A DNA stretch of 22,442 nucleotides from Scyliorhinus canicula (taxonomy: Eukaryota): assembly GCF_902713615.1 (NCBI RefSeq). It is one part of the record NW_024055453.1 of this genome. One strand, 5' to 3'. Positions 9,591-20,426 of the stretch are shown here, piece after piece. Both the position numbers and the translations under genes were made by a program. Numbering within the stretch: position 1 is the stretch's first letter; each line of letters starts with the position of its first letter. The notes under the pieces are model-generated. The model did not search any database and had not been told where the DNA came from. It saw nothing but the letters and a program-made list of their open reading frames with translations.

Positions 9591-9628
9591 GCTTTTTGTA
9601 TGAGGATGTCGCTGTGCACAGCACTGTG
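9591..9628 (-). other. D1 3' 22-RSS
   Basis: Minus strand: CACAGTG (9628-9622), 22-nt spacer, ACAAAAAGC (9599-9591). A 22-nt spacer here is the known shark D1 pattern. Confidence 0.95.
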
Positions 9629-9640
9629 ACCCACTGTAGT
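9629..9640 (-). other. IGHD: IgH diversity segment D1, ACTACAGTGGGT (12 nt)
   Basis: Flanked by a 12-RSS on the V side and a 22-RSS on the D2 side. Confidence 0.95.
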
Positions 9641-9668
9641 CACAGTGACAGACACCCGCACAAAAACT
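9641..9668 (+). other. D1 5' 12-RSS
   Basis: CACAGTG 9641-9647, spacer acagacacccgc, nonamer ACAAAAACT 9660-9668. Confidence 0.96.
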
Positions 9669-10038
9669 GCACTCACTCTCTGTTCAGCTCTGCCGCTCAA
9701 TATTCACTTCAAATACACGTTTACTTCTGATCTAATTTACAATTTGACAGCAGTTCATAAAACCCAATGTACATACACTTTCTCCAAGAATCAGAAATAA
9801 TAAAACGATGATTATTACCAAGTCTGTAATTTCTGAAAATGTGAACAGTAAATATAAACAGACAAAAGCTCATCCTATTAGATCGATTAGTTTGTTCGGT
9901 TTCGCTGTTTAATTTTCTCTGTGTTAATTATGTAAGAAGCAGCTTGTGTTTTGACTCTGATCATTGACATTAATATTACATTTGAATCAAGTACTGACCT
10001 TCAGGTTAAGGTGCAAGTTGCTGAATTCCCTCTCGAGC

Positions 10039-10077
10039 TGTTCTTGTGCGGGTCCAGCCCTGGTTCCTCTCGCTGTG
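10039..10077 (-). other. VH 23-RSS
   Basis: Minus strand: CACAGCG (10077-10071), 23-nt spacer, ACAAGAACA (10047-10039), directly after TGT GCA AGA GAC. Confidence 0.95.
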
Positions 10078-10382
10078 GTCTCTTGCACAGTAATAGATGG
10101 CGGTGTCTTCGGTCTTCAGGCTCCTCATGGCCAAAGAGAAGATGTTGTTTGAAGTGTCTTTGGACGCAGTGAATCGATCTTTAATGGCTGGGGCGTAGTT
10201 GTTGCTGGATGAACTATAGTACCAAAGCAGCCACTCCAGCCCCTGTCCGGGAACCTGCCGGACCCAGTGCATGCTGTAGCTGCCAAGATTGAAGCCGCTG
10301 GTTTTACAGGTCAGTGTCAGGGAGCCTCCGGGACGCCCGGTCTCTGCCTCCGGCTGAGTCAACACAACATCCGACTGGACAC
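10078..10382 (-). CDS. IGHV: Immunoglobulin heavy-chain variable exon, shark IgM-type VH, germline and unrearranged
   Basis: Acceptor ttttacAG at 10384-10383. The open frame encodes (R)VQS then [98 protein letters not shown], with the conserved Cys, Trp and YYC. Assignment to the IgM class is from sequence style, since no C exon is visible. Confidence 0.98.
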
Positions 10383-10510
10383 CTGTAAAAATATATCAAA
10401 AAGCCCGAGGATTAATGCTGGTGAAATGATTGGTGAGTCTGGAACATTCCAGAGAGAAACTAACACTGAGACAGTAACAGTGAGAGACTTGGACAATAAA
10501 AACTACTCAC

Positions 10511-10556
10511 GGGATAAGAAAGTCAGCAACAAACTGAGAGAAATGGCCCACCTCAT
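10511..10556 (-). CDS. IGHV: VH leader exon, MRWAISLSLLLTFLS plus 1 nt
   Basis: 46-nt exon with a GTGAGT donor at 10510 and a 128-nt phase-1 intron; it splices in frame to the V exon. An upstream in-frame ATG at 10568 would add MTRR, but the 10556 ATG has A at -3. Confidence 0.95.
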
Positions 10557-10639
10557 CCTTCTGGTCATTTGGGGGAAATGGTTGTGTCAGGAACTCAGTG
10601 AACAAACCAGCTCCCGGACTGTTGGATTCGGGTCCCAGT

Positions 10640-10765
10640 GAGCGGCATTTAAATACCCGGCAGAAGGGGGCGGCTTTCCAGGTGGTTCCCTGGTGGAGGC
10701 GGCGCCTGGATCCACGTCCCACCTTCCACCCCCCCCCCCCCTCCCCTCCCCGAACAGAATTGGCC
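10640..10765 (-). promoter_or_regulatory. Putative VH promoter
   Basis: TATTTAAAT at 10655-10647, about 90 nt upstream of the ATG; GC box GGGGGCGGC 10666-10674; E-box CAGGTG 10679-10684; poly-C/G tract 10729-10751; CCAAT (minus strand) 10763-10759. No ATGCAAAT octamer seen. Confidence 0.65.
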
Positions 10766-12664
10766 CAGAGATTTACTATAGGTTATTATTAAAATAGACA
10801 TTTTTCGGTATCGGGATATTTGTTTGGCTGAATGGATTCATTGTAATGTCTCTCATCATCCTATTGGTGAATTTATATTTTCGCATCTGTTAATTAAACT
10901 TAATTCCATTGTAAATTCAGTCCTTTATTTCTGTACTCCAACATAAGTGGATGATCACAAAGAGGTGGAATTATATTAACAGGGAATAAGACGTCTGTCT
11001 GTCTAATTTGCAACAACTCTGGGTCTCTATCCAATTAAAACAATAACTTATAATTTATCAGAAGAATTGTTCTCGATTTCTGTAACTAAATACGGGCAAT
11101 GAATAAAGTGATTCGATTTAAATGGTGCACGACTATCATTAAACAATGTAGGTCTGGGGACAAGAAGAAACTCTCATATTACACCATGTTTCTCCTGGTA
11201 TTTCTCGATTTGCCCCTGAGCCTCTGACAGTCCTGAGAACATTAGCGGTAAAGAAGCCGCTTGCCTGATAATTCAGCAGTGAGTTGACAGAGAAACATAA
11301 AATTCACATCAGCTTTTGACAGAGAAGTTAATGAATCGGAACGGACGCGGCGATAGCAAAGTTATCATTCAGCATCTAAATCATTGCCGCTAATTTTACT
11401 GACCACCGGCTGTCTAACATTCACTGGTGTTGGGAACACAGGATATCAGGACTTTGCGGCATATTACACAATATCACAGGAATAAATGTTTTATCTTCCA
11501 CTGAAGCAGGTCATGAACTGGTCATTTCTCCACTCATTGGCAGCAATAAGAGGGACTGTTAAATAATGGAAATCAGCACAAATTAAACTGTACAGAACAC
11601 GGTGCTGATCAGGTATAAGAGACTCCACCGTTTAAATGGGGTCAACAACTCGGAGAATATTCCAGGAATTCCGGCGGGTTTTGAGCACTTTTATGATTTT
11701 CTTTTATTTCAACTTATATTTTTTGCAATTCCCCTCATTTTATTGGGCTTGTGGATTGGGTCCATCAACACCACTCACTCTCACTTCATTAGGTTCTTCA
11801 CAAACGGACTTTCATAACTAGAGTGACCTTTACTCGGAACTTATATAAATTAAATAGCACGAGTCAATTTACTATTTTCCGATCATGTTTATTCTAAGAG
11901 TGAACAGAACATTCACCGAATATATTTATTTAGATGGAACACCATTTAAAACATTTACTTCATGTGCGACTAAACATTTATTGTTTGAATGGATCAATCC
12001 CATTTAATCCATTCATATTCAGGTTTATCTGCCCCACACAGTATTTGGCAGCAATCCAGCCGCCTGCAGTCAGGGAGGCTCGAATGTTCAATGTTGTTTA
12101 CAGGAAGCATCTGGATTTTTTTTCAGAGATCTGTTGGCTCAGTACTGACCGCTTGGCTGCAAGCCAACTTCAAACTCGTAACATTGTCAATGAGGACTAT
12201 TTATAAACAAATCTACCCAGCAACAGGACTGGAGAACATTTTATGTTTTAAATTGTGAACCTATTTGTTCTGTTCCCATTTCTATGGAAAGGATTTGTAG
12301 TCCCTCTTAGCAGCAATATCCCGCTGGAGGATCTCTCCCACATCTCATAACATTGTGATGACGGATAGAAATACAATCAGACTAACAGACAGAGGGTCCA
12401 TTTGTAACAGACCAACATGTATATTCATGTTTTCCCCCTATATACTTTCATGGATTGTGGACTCAATGGCAAGACTCTGCTCCTAATTACTCTTGAACTG
12501 AGTGGTTTGCTTTGCCAGTTCAGAATGAACGGAAGAGTCAGAAATGTTGCTGTCCGACTGGAGCCTGATGTAGGTGAAGCCGGGGAGGGATGACAGATTT
12601 CCTTCATTGGTGAAACAGAGCGGATTTCATGTAATATGTATTCCAGATATATTAAGTGGAATCA

Positions 12665-12765
12665 AATTCCCCCTCCGACTATGGTGGGATTTGCACCCGA
12701 GCATTTGTCCCCGGGCATTTTTATTACTGGCCCAATAACATTAATACTGCATCACCATCCACCCA
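12665..12765 (-). mobile_element. Decayed tRNA-derived SINE head
   Basis: tggtgggatttgcacccg is the reverse complement of a degenerate B-box region; resembles a common shark SINE 5' end. Confidence 0.45.
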
Positions 12766-13581
12766 AAATATAAAGGGATCACTGATTTGATGTAGAGATG
12801 AGTGTTAGCTGGATGCCTGAATATTGTGATTGAGGATTCAGTGAATTGGGTTGATGGATGGATGGATAGATGGCCCTGAAAGATGCTGTTCTACATTCTC
12901 AGTTTTGCGCTTGATGATTTCACAAATTAAAGTTGGTCCTTTATAATTTGTGTCAGCCTGATACATTCGGTGGCTGATGCTGTTCTGGGTGAATTCCCTC
13001 CCCAGACTTTCGGGAACTGACGAAATGGACGTCACTAAGAGGAAACTGGAGATATTCCTGCGGTTCTGGTGATTCTTCTCTGCTGAGGGTGAATCGTCAT
13101 CTCAAAGTCAGAAAGCGGGAACGTGATTACATTGAGGAGGGACGGCTGTAATATTTGGAACATGTGGCCATTTCGTGTACAATAAGTCACTCCAGATGTC
13201 CTCACCCAAATTAATGAAGACACCAGACTAAAAACATATTAACGTGAAAACAGAAATACTGTGAAACTCAGTGGACAGCTGTAAATGTTGAATTACTTTC
13301 CAAAACAGTGTAATAACAAATTGGGAAGTAAAGATTAATTAACGTCACATTAGGTAAAGGCATTTCTATTTCCACTGGCACTTAAAAAATCATCTCACAC
13401 TCCAGTCTGGCGATTCTGTGTGACGATGAGGTGATTACTGACCAATGTAGCGCAGAGGCTGCACGTTATCCTCTGTGTGGTTTAATTCTATTTCACACTG
13501 AATTCTGATGCAATGTGACTTCTTTGTGACAGAATGGTCAATGCTCTCTCAATTACCTTTAATCTCAATAAATTATGTTAA

Positions 13582-13691
13582 ACATACAAGAAAAGAAATA
13601 GGAGCAGAAATAGGCAATTAAGCCCTTCAAGCCTGTTCCGCCATTCAATCATCATGGCTGATCTCTTCCTGGTCTCAAACCCACCTCCCTT
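13582..13691 (-). mobile_element. CR1-type LINE 3' tail fragment
   Basis: aagaaataggagcag..ggc.att.agccc..caagcctgttccgccattcaatcatcatggctgatct; the same motif occurs at 19495 and 22056. Confidence 0.7.
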
Positions 13692-13799
13692 AAATGAATT
13701 GTATTTACATTTTGTAAAATAAAGTGCGGATCATAATTGGCGAATGCAACTTTTTATGTTGTGTTGATGATAATTGAATAATATCATTATTTAACTTTG

Positions 13800-14555
13800 T
13801 GACTTGTGACAATTGGCGACATTCTCCACGGAATTTCTAAACAATAACCATTTCCAGCAAAATAGAATCTAACCATCGCTCCTTGACATTCACTGATATT
13901 GTCATCGCTGAATTCCCCTGAATTCAATACACTGGGGTTACCATTGACCAGACACTGTACTAGACTGACCATATAAATGCTGAGGCTACAAGATCCGATC
14001 AGCGTCTAGGAAGCCTGCAGTGAGCAACTCACCTCCTGATTCCCAAAGCCTGTTCACCATCTACAAAGCATAAACCAGCAGTGTAATTGACTACTCTCCA
14101 GTTGCCTGGCTGGGTGCAGCTCCAACAAAATTCAAGAAGCTCGACACCATCCAGGCTAAAGAAGCTTTATTGTCACCCCATGTGCAAACACTCATTCCAT
14201 CTAGCTCCGGCGAATAATGGCAACAATGTACCATCCACAACATACACTGCAGGAACGCAGCAAATCTCCTTTCGAAACACCTTCTGAACCCAGGACCATA
14301 TCCTTCTAGAAGCTGATGCATAATAAGATCACCACCTCGAAATTCCCCTCCAAATCATTCATTATCCTAACTTGCAAATATTTCACCGAATCTTCGCTGT
14401 CGCTGGCTCAAAAGCCTAGAACTCCCTCCCTAACAACATCGTCTGTGTACCTACACCAGAGTGACTGCAGAGGTTCAAACAAGCAGTTCATCGCCTCTTT
14501 GTGAAAGGCAATTAGCGATGGACAATAAATCATGGCCTAGCCCTCGATGCCCATA
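13800..14555 (+). mobile_element. Decayed LINE, RT 3' portion, same family as 2225-3456
   Basis: ctggggttaccattgaccag (LGVTIDQ), gcctggctgggtgcagctccaaca, aagaagctcgacaccatccag; many stop codons. Confidence 0.85.
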
Positions 14556-15180
14556 CCGTATAACTTCATTTAAAACAGGACTTTGTGGAACGATGGCAAT
14601 TGGTGAATCTAATCATTTATATTCATAAATTAATGAAAATTGGTGAATATAATTGCTATGTTTCTGACCATTTATGGCCTCCGCCTTCTCTGCTGGAAGG
14701 TATAAGGCATCCCACAGGAGATTCATGATGTAAAATCATAACCAATATCGGAAAACAAAGTGGACAGAGGGAAGTGCAACAACTATTGACATATATCACT
14801 CAGCATCACTGGGAAGGCCTTTGCTGGCTTTACACTTTAAACACTTCATCTGCTTGCAGGCGGAATGTTGCTGGAAGTAAGGTGCTGTGTTTGTGTCACA
14901 AGATTTACTCTGGACTTGATCTGCTCTTTCTGCCACATGTCTACCTCTTCACATTACTTTCATCAATCTCAATAAACATTCGACACTGTCGGTGGGCTGG
15001 TGTGAACCACCAGGACCAGTGGATTTAGCAGCTTTGAAATAGACAAAAACCGAGAAAACGGCAACCCAGAACGACACTTTGGAGCTTCGTGTGCCACATT
15101 TGTGGTAATATTTGCTGTGTATCTATTGGAAATAGAAGGATGCCGTGGCCTTTGATAAATTTGTATGCAACATGTGTTTC

Positions 15181-15260
15181 ACACAAACACAGCCACACAC
15201 ACACACACACACACACAGTCTCTCACGCACGCATTCTCTCTGTTTTACACGCACACACAC
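15181..15260. repeat. (CA)n microsatellite
   Basis: cacacacacacacacacacacac core at about 15196-15218 with degenerate flanks. Confidence 0.9.
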
Positions 15261-16186
15261 ATTTCCCCTTTAAAATTAAAATCCCATGCTAACTTCCTGG
15301 GAAGCTTCGGACACAATGGCCCCAACCATTTTGCAGGTGGTATAATAAATCAATAAACTCTCCCCAACACTATGCTTGTGAGATGAATGTTACATTTCCC
15401 ATGGACTCCATACAGCGCCCAGGTAAACATTCCTCTATTTAACAAAGATGAACAAAAACCCTTTACCAGGAATTGAGCCGCTTTGCTCTGGTGCTGATCT
15501 CAATGTGGGAGAATCAGCCACCGACACCTGCAATTAGTTACACTTTAAATTTTGTCACCTCCCGTAGAAGGCGATGCGATATTACATTTGTGGAAATGGA
15601 TAATGGATACATCAACATCATGGATTATACCTGACAGCAACATTTTCACAGCAACTGCAATTGCAAAGTTTGGCCAGCAGATGGAATTTAAATCGAGATG
15701 CCTTGAATTACATGAAGCAGACATTGCCTCAATAATTACTGCTGCCTCTGCTAATTTTAAATTGGACTCCATCTGTATTTTTGTTAGGCTAGACACTGTC
15801 TTTGTTTTTATACACGACACTCTGTGTCAATTAATACTGCACCAGTACTTGTCAATGTTTATATCACACAATCAATGCGATCCTATTTTCAATATACAGG
15901 ATCTGACTCTGCAGTTTTGCCACATCCAGTCCTGAATAGTAATGAATAAATAAACAAAAGGCCGGAATAGGAGTCTCAATAAAATTCCCCTCTTCAATGA
16001 TGCGGGAGCCCAGCACGTCAGTGCTAAAAACAAGACTGAAAGTTTCTGCCAGAGGTGCCGAGAGGATGATCCATCTCGGCCTCCTCCGGTGGTCTGCATC
16101 ATCATGGGTGTCAGTCTTCAGCAAATTTGATTCACTACACACGATATCAAGAAACGGCTGACGGCGCATTATGCCTGGCAACATTT

Positions 16187-16532
16187 ACATAGAATTTACA
16201 GTGCAGAAGGAGGCCATTCGGCCCATCGAGTCTGCACCAGGTCTTGGAAAGAGCATCCTACTCAAGGTCAACACCTCCACCGTATCCCCATAACCCAGTA
16301 ACCCCACCCAACACTAAGGGCAATTTTGGACACTAAGGGAACTTAGCATGGCCAATCCACCTAACCCGCACATCTTTGGACTGTGGGAGGAAACCGGAGC
16401 ACCCGGAGGGAACCCACGCACACACTGGGAGGACGTGCAGACTCCGCACAGACAGTGACCCAAGCCAGAATCGAACCTGGGACCCTGGAGCTGTGAAGCG
16501 ATTGTGCTATTCACAATGCTACCGTGCTGCCC
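16187..16532 (-). mobile_element. Apparently full-length HE1-type tRNA-derived shark SINE
   Basis: Minus strand begins GGGCAGCACGGTAGCATTGTG, has a B-box-like GGTTCGATTC and the central tccgggtgctccggtttcctcccacagtccaaagatgtg block, and ends with the CR1-like tail gggccgaatggcctccttctgcactgtaaattctatg. Confidence 0.9.
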
Positions 16533-17472
16533 TAGCAGCAATACTGAAGATGTGTGGCCTGGAACTGGCTGCGCCCCAGACAAATTGCTCCAGTGCAGCT
16601 ATAGCACTGACACGTACCCAACAATGTGTAACATTGCCAAACATGACCCGTCCACATAAGGCAGGAAAAATCCAACCCGGCCAATTATTGGCCTATCAGT
16701 CCGCATTCGATCATCAGCAACTTCATGAAAAGTGTCAAGGAGCATCCTGTCACGTATAGCGTCCCAGCATAGTGCCCCCGGCCCTAGCTTCACCCTTCAT
16801 CATAAGGTCAGAAGTGGGGATGTTCGTTGATGATTACCCAATGCTGTGCACCATATTCGATTCCTCAAATACTGAAGCAGTCTGTCTTCATATACAGTAA
16901 GACTTGGACAACATTCAGGCTTGGGCTGACAAGTGTCAGGCAATGACCACCCCAAAAATAGAGATGCTAACCAACTCCCCTTGATTTTAAATGACACTAC
17001 ATTGATTGAATCCCCCACCATCATTAGCAGTGATGAAAAACTGAACTGGAACAACCATTTAAATAATGTGGCTACAAGAGCAGGTCAGTGGCTGGAGATT
17101 TTACGGTGAGTTACTCACCTCTTGACTTCCCAACCCCTACTCATCATCTAGAAGGCAGAAGTCAGGAGTTTAACTGAATATTCTCCATTTGTCTGAAGTG
17201 CGCCCCTCAAGCAACACTCGAGAATCTCAACGCCATCCGGGACAAAGCAGCCGACTCGAGGAACACCCCATCCACCAGCTGAAACATTCACTCCCTGCAT
17301 CACGGGTGTACAATTCTAGCAGCGTGAGCGATATACATGGATGTACTGCAGCAACTGCCTCCTTCTATACCACCTTCCAAACCCACGAACTCAGACATTT
17401 AAAAGGACCAGGCCCGACAGACGCATTGTAACAGCAGGACCTGCAAGTTCCCCGACAAGCCTCACACCATCT

Positions 17473-17504
17473 TCATAGATTTCATAGAATTTACAGTGCA
17501 GAAG
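17473..17504 (-). mobile_element. Extremely 5'-truncated insertion of the HE1/CR1 tail
   Basis: catagaatttacagtgcagaag (17483-17504) is identical to 16188-16209 and is preceded by a tail repeat tcatagattt. Confidence 0.75.
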
Positions 17505-18232
17505 ATGGGAACTGTATCTCTGTTCCTTCACTGTCACTGGTCAAAATCCTGGAACTCCCTTCCTATCAGCTCTGTGGGTGGACTTGCTCAGAATGGAATG
17601 CAATGGTTCAATAAGCGGGTTCAACACCACATTCCCAAGGGCAATTAGGAATTGGCATCAAATGCTGACGTTACTGGTGACACCAAGATGGCATTAAATC
17701 ATTTTAAACATATCTCTCAGCTTACATTCACCTAACCCCAGCCTCTGTTTAAATTACACTCGCCGTGTCTCTATCACATTGCAGCAGGTCCTGTCTCAGT
17801 TTTCCTGCACTCGGCTGAATATCAGTTGTTAATATACAGACCCACGCCTTGTTTATATTACAAATCATTAATAATAACTGCACTGAACCATGTCTCGGTT
17901 AGTCTGGCACGAAACACGTCACAATGGTTACAGCATCAGAACGTTTATCTGTGCATCGTAACTGGAACAACATTCTGTTTGCATCACGTGGTTCGGTCTC
18001 AGCTATTACTCTACTAGATAGTTAGATTCTAATAAACTCAATGCTGCTTTGCTTAATTCTACACCTGTCCATGTCCCTGTTTATATAACACTAGCCCCTG
18101 CCCATGTTATTCTTGTGTTGTACGATATCCCTCTTACTGCTGCATTAGTCATGTCTCAATTTGTATCAATCGACAATCCGCTAGACCAGAATTCAGTTTA
18201 TATTGCACTAGACCCAGTCTCTGATTATGTTA

Positions 18233-18535
18233 GGGGCGGCACGGTGGCACAGTGGTTAGCACTGCTGCCTCATAAGTCCAGGGTTCAATTCTTGACGATC
18301 CATGTGGAGTTTGCACTTTCTCCCTGTGTCTGAGTAGCTTTCGTCCAGATGCTCCTGTTTCCTCCCATAATCCAAAAATATGTAGGTTAAGTTTATTGGC
18401 CATTCTAAATTGCCCCTTAGTGTCCAGTGATGCGCAGGTCATGGTGCAAGGGCAGGGGATTGCGGAAGGTGTTCTTTAAGAGGTCGGGGCAGATGCTATG
18501 GACCGAGTGGCCTTCTGCCCTGTAGGGATTCTATA
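18233..18535 (+). mobile_element. Older, diverged HE1-type SINE
   Basis: ggggcggcacggtggcacagtggttagcactgctgcctca (A box), gggttcaattc (B box), central and tail blocks alignable by eye to 16187-16532. Confidence 0.85.
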
Positions 18536-18829
18536 TTTGATCCTGAATCTGCCTATTTTTTTCTGAGATCTGCTCACTTATATTAATGCATAGACGATGC
18601 CTCTATTTTGAATTGTGGGCGCATCATTCCACATGTCTTTGAGATGGAAAGATAATATAATGAATAGATATTTTGGACAAGAAATCAGTATAGGGAAACA
18701 GCCTGAAACGGGATGTATAGTGTATACAGTGTGTGCTACGCAACATTTGATATTCATTTTCAGTGCAGTCAGCCGAATTAGATTTCAGTTGGCATTTCTT
18801 CTTTGCCAGTGCCCAAGACCAATTCCTAC

Positions 18830-19030
18830 CCAGAGAGCTGTATGTGTAGGCGGATGCAGAGTATTGTGTTTCCATGTGCTTGCTGCCCTTGTGATTCTCG
18901 GAGGTCTCGGGTATGGAAGGTGCTGTTGAAGAAATCATGGCGAGTTGCTGCAGTGCATCCCGTCGATGTTACACAATGCAGCTACTGTGTGACTGCTGTG
19001 AAGAGAATGAATGTTGCTGCAACATTAGGT
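18830..19030 (-). mobile_element. Decayed LINE fragment, same family as 2225-3456
   Basis: gaaggtgctgttgaag..gagttgctgcagtgcatc..gatgttacaca parallels 2502-2560. Confidence 0.65.
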
Positions 19031-19494
19031 TCTGTCTCAGTTATTTATCTAATGGTCCTTTGTTTATGTTACACAATTACAACTATTCCATTCCCTTAGT
19101 TTATTGCACTAGGCCCAGGCAATAGAAGTTCAGTTGTACAAGTTGGAGTGGCTGCAAGAAGATCAGGGAGATCTGCACTTGTATGTAGGTGCATCTTGGG
19201 TGCTGACAAGACAGACTATGACGTTTATCTGGACATAGATCAGCATTGCTTGCTGAAGAATTTTAGACTATCACTTTCCCCTCAGTTTTTAAAAAATCTT
19301 CACAATTGGCTACTTTCCAAATTATTGTGCATGGTCTACCGCAGCAATTACTGAGGCTGGGTCCAATGTAATATGAACAGAGATATGGCCCAGGGCAGAA
19401 CTGAGGCTGTATCAAATGTAATACAGAGACAGGTTTAAATTAATAAAAACAGAGTCAGGTTCTAGGTTAATGTAAAGAGAGACAAACATGGTCC

Positions 19495-19635
19495 ATAACT
19501 CCATAGCATATAGGAGCAGAATTAGACCATTCGGCCCATCGAGACTGCTCTGCCATTAAACCATGTTCCTAATGTTTCTAATCTCCATTCTCCTGCCTTC
19601 TCCCAATAACTCCTAAACGCCTCATTGATCAAGAC
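19495..19635 (-). mobile_element. CR1-type LINE 3' tail fragment
   Basis: taggagcagaattagaccattcggcccatcgagactgctctgccatt. Confidence 0.7.
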
Positions 19636-19769
19636 ATGCCCTCTAATTGGTGGCCTGGTTTAATATGAACAAAGAGAAATAGGCCATTATTTAATATAAA
19701 ATGACACAGGTACAAGGTAGTATAATATAAACAGAGACGGGGTCACGGCTTGGTTCAATACAGAGCCAG

Positions 19770-20345
19770 CGACGACTGTCCCTTCAAACACCCGCAGGAC
19801 AGGTACATCACAGATTGGTGACAAAGAGAAACTCCCTTACACTGTCCCCATCAAACATTCTCAGAGCAGCTGCAGATTGTTTAGATATATAATTAAATTC
19901 CCTCAACATAACTCGCTCAAACCCATTAAAGGCCGAGAAACCAAGAGTTCAATACAAGGCAAAACCTCTTCTGCACTCTTCCTTCAGAGGTCCCCAAGAC
20001 AGGTTTACAGTAGTGTTAGTTACTGAGTAAAGAAATCTCTGCATTTTCCCATCAAACTCACCCAGGTCAGGTGCAGCACAGTTCAGGTACGGAGTAAATC
20101 TCCCTGTGCAGAGTCATATCAAACACTCACAGAGCAGGTTCAGTGCAGGTTACATGCAAGTAAAGCTTGCTCTACACTGTTCAGTCAAATGCTCAAATGT
20201 CCTGGCAGCTTGATTAAGTGCAAGGAAAGATTCTTCGGCCCTGCCACGTAAAACCCTCAACCACCATGTGAATCCCAAATCAGATATAGAGGAAAATTGT
20301 CTCTACAGTTCTCATTAAACACTCCAAGGTCATTGAATGCTCCAA
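19770..20345 (+). repeat. Highly degenerate ~65-70-bp minisatellite (acagagtaaa..ctccc..tacactgtccccatcaaacac..caggacaggt type)
   Basis: Recurrent gagtaaa, ctacactgt, catcaaacac and caggt motifs at 19780-19860, 20020-20200 and 20290-20330. Confidence 0.65.
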
Positions 20346-20426
20346 CCTCATTTTAGCGTAAAAGTCCCTCTACGGATTCCAATACATCGGATTCGATCCA
20401 TTTAGTTGAAAGCCAACGGGGTGAGA

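Larger units (their letters stand above)
15890..17695 (+). mobile_element. Larger decayed LINE copy (RT region to 3' end), interrupted by SINE insertions
   Basis: RT-like remnants such as CGLELAAP, HK..K..P and aggcttgggctgacaagtg (QAWADK), through to the tail gggcaattaggaattggcatcaaatgctg. Sequence resumes across the 16187-16532 SINE. Confidence 0.8.

Noticed and set aside
10086-10092. TACTGTG VH-replacement-type cryptic heptamer in FR3
   Set aside because: It is dictated by the Tyr-Cys-Ala codons, and no upstream donor V is visible in the window.
11480-11680. Minus-strand frame YSL..YLTVP..NEWRNDQFMTC resembling Ig C-domain strands E-F
   Set aside because: Wrong spacing, in-frame stops, no N-terminal Cys/Trp at the proper distance and no splice sites; likely chance, though TBLASTN could revisit it.
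12025-12100. Minus-strand TLNIRASLTAGGWIAAKYC resembling V FR3
   Set aside because: No ED or YYC motif, spacing is off, there is no RSS, and no upstream FR1/FR2.
13027-13080. AGTGACGTCC (TCR-V-beta decamer/CRE-like) and a weak leader-like match
   Set aside because: It lies 2.4 kb from the VH promoter, has no following V exon, and the match is short enough to be chance.
15663-15690. Partial CTCF-like TGGCCAGCAGATGG
   Set aside because: It lacks the 3' part of the motif and may be a decayed CR1 remnant.
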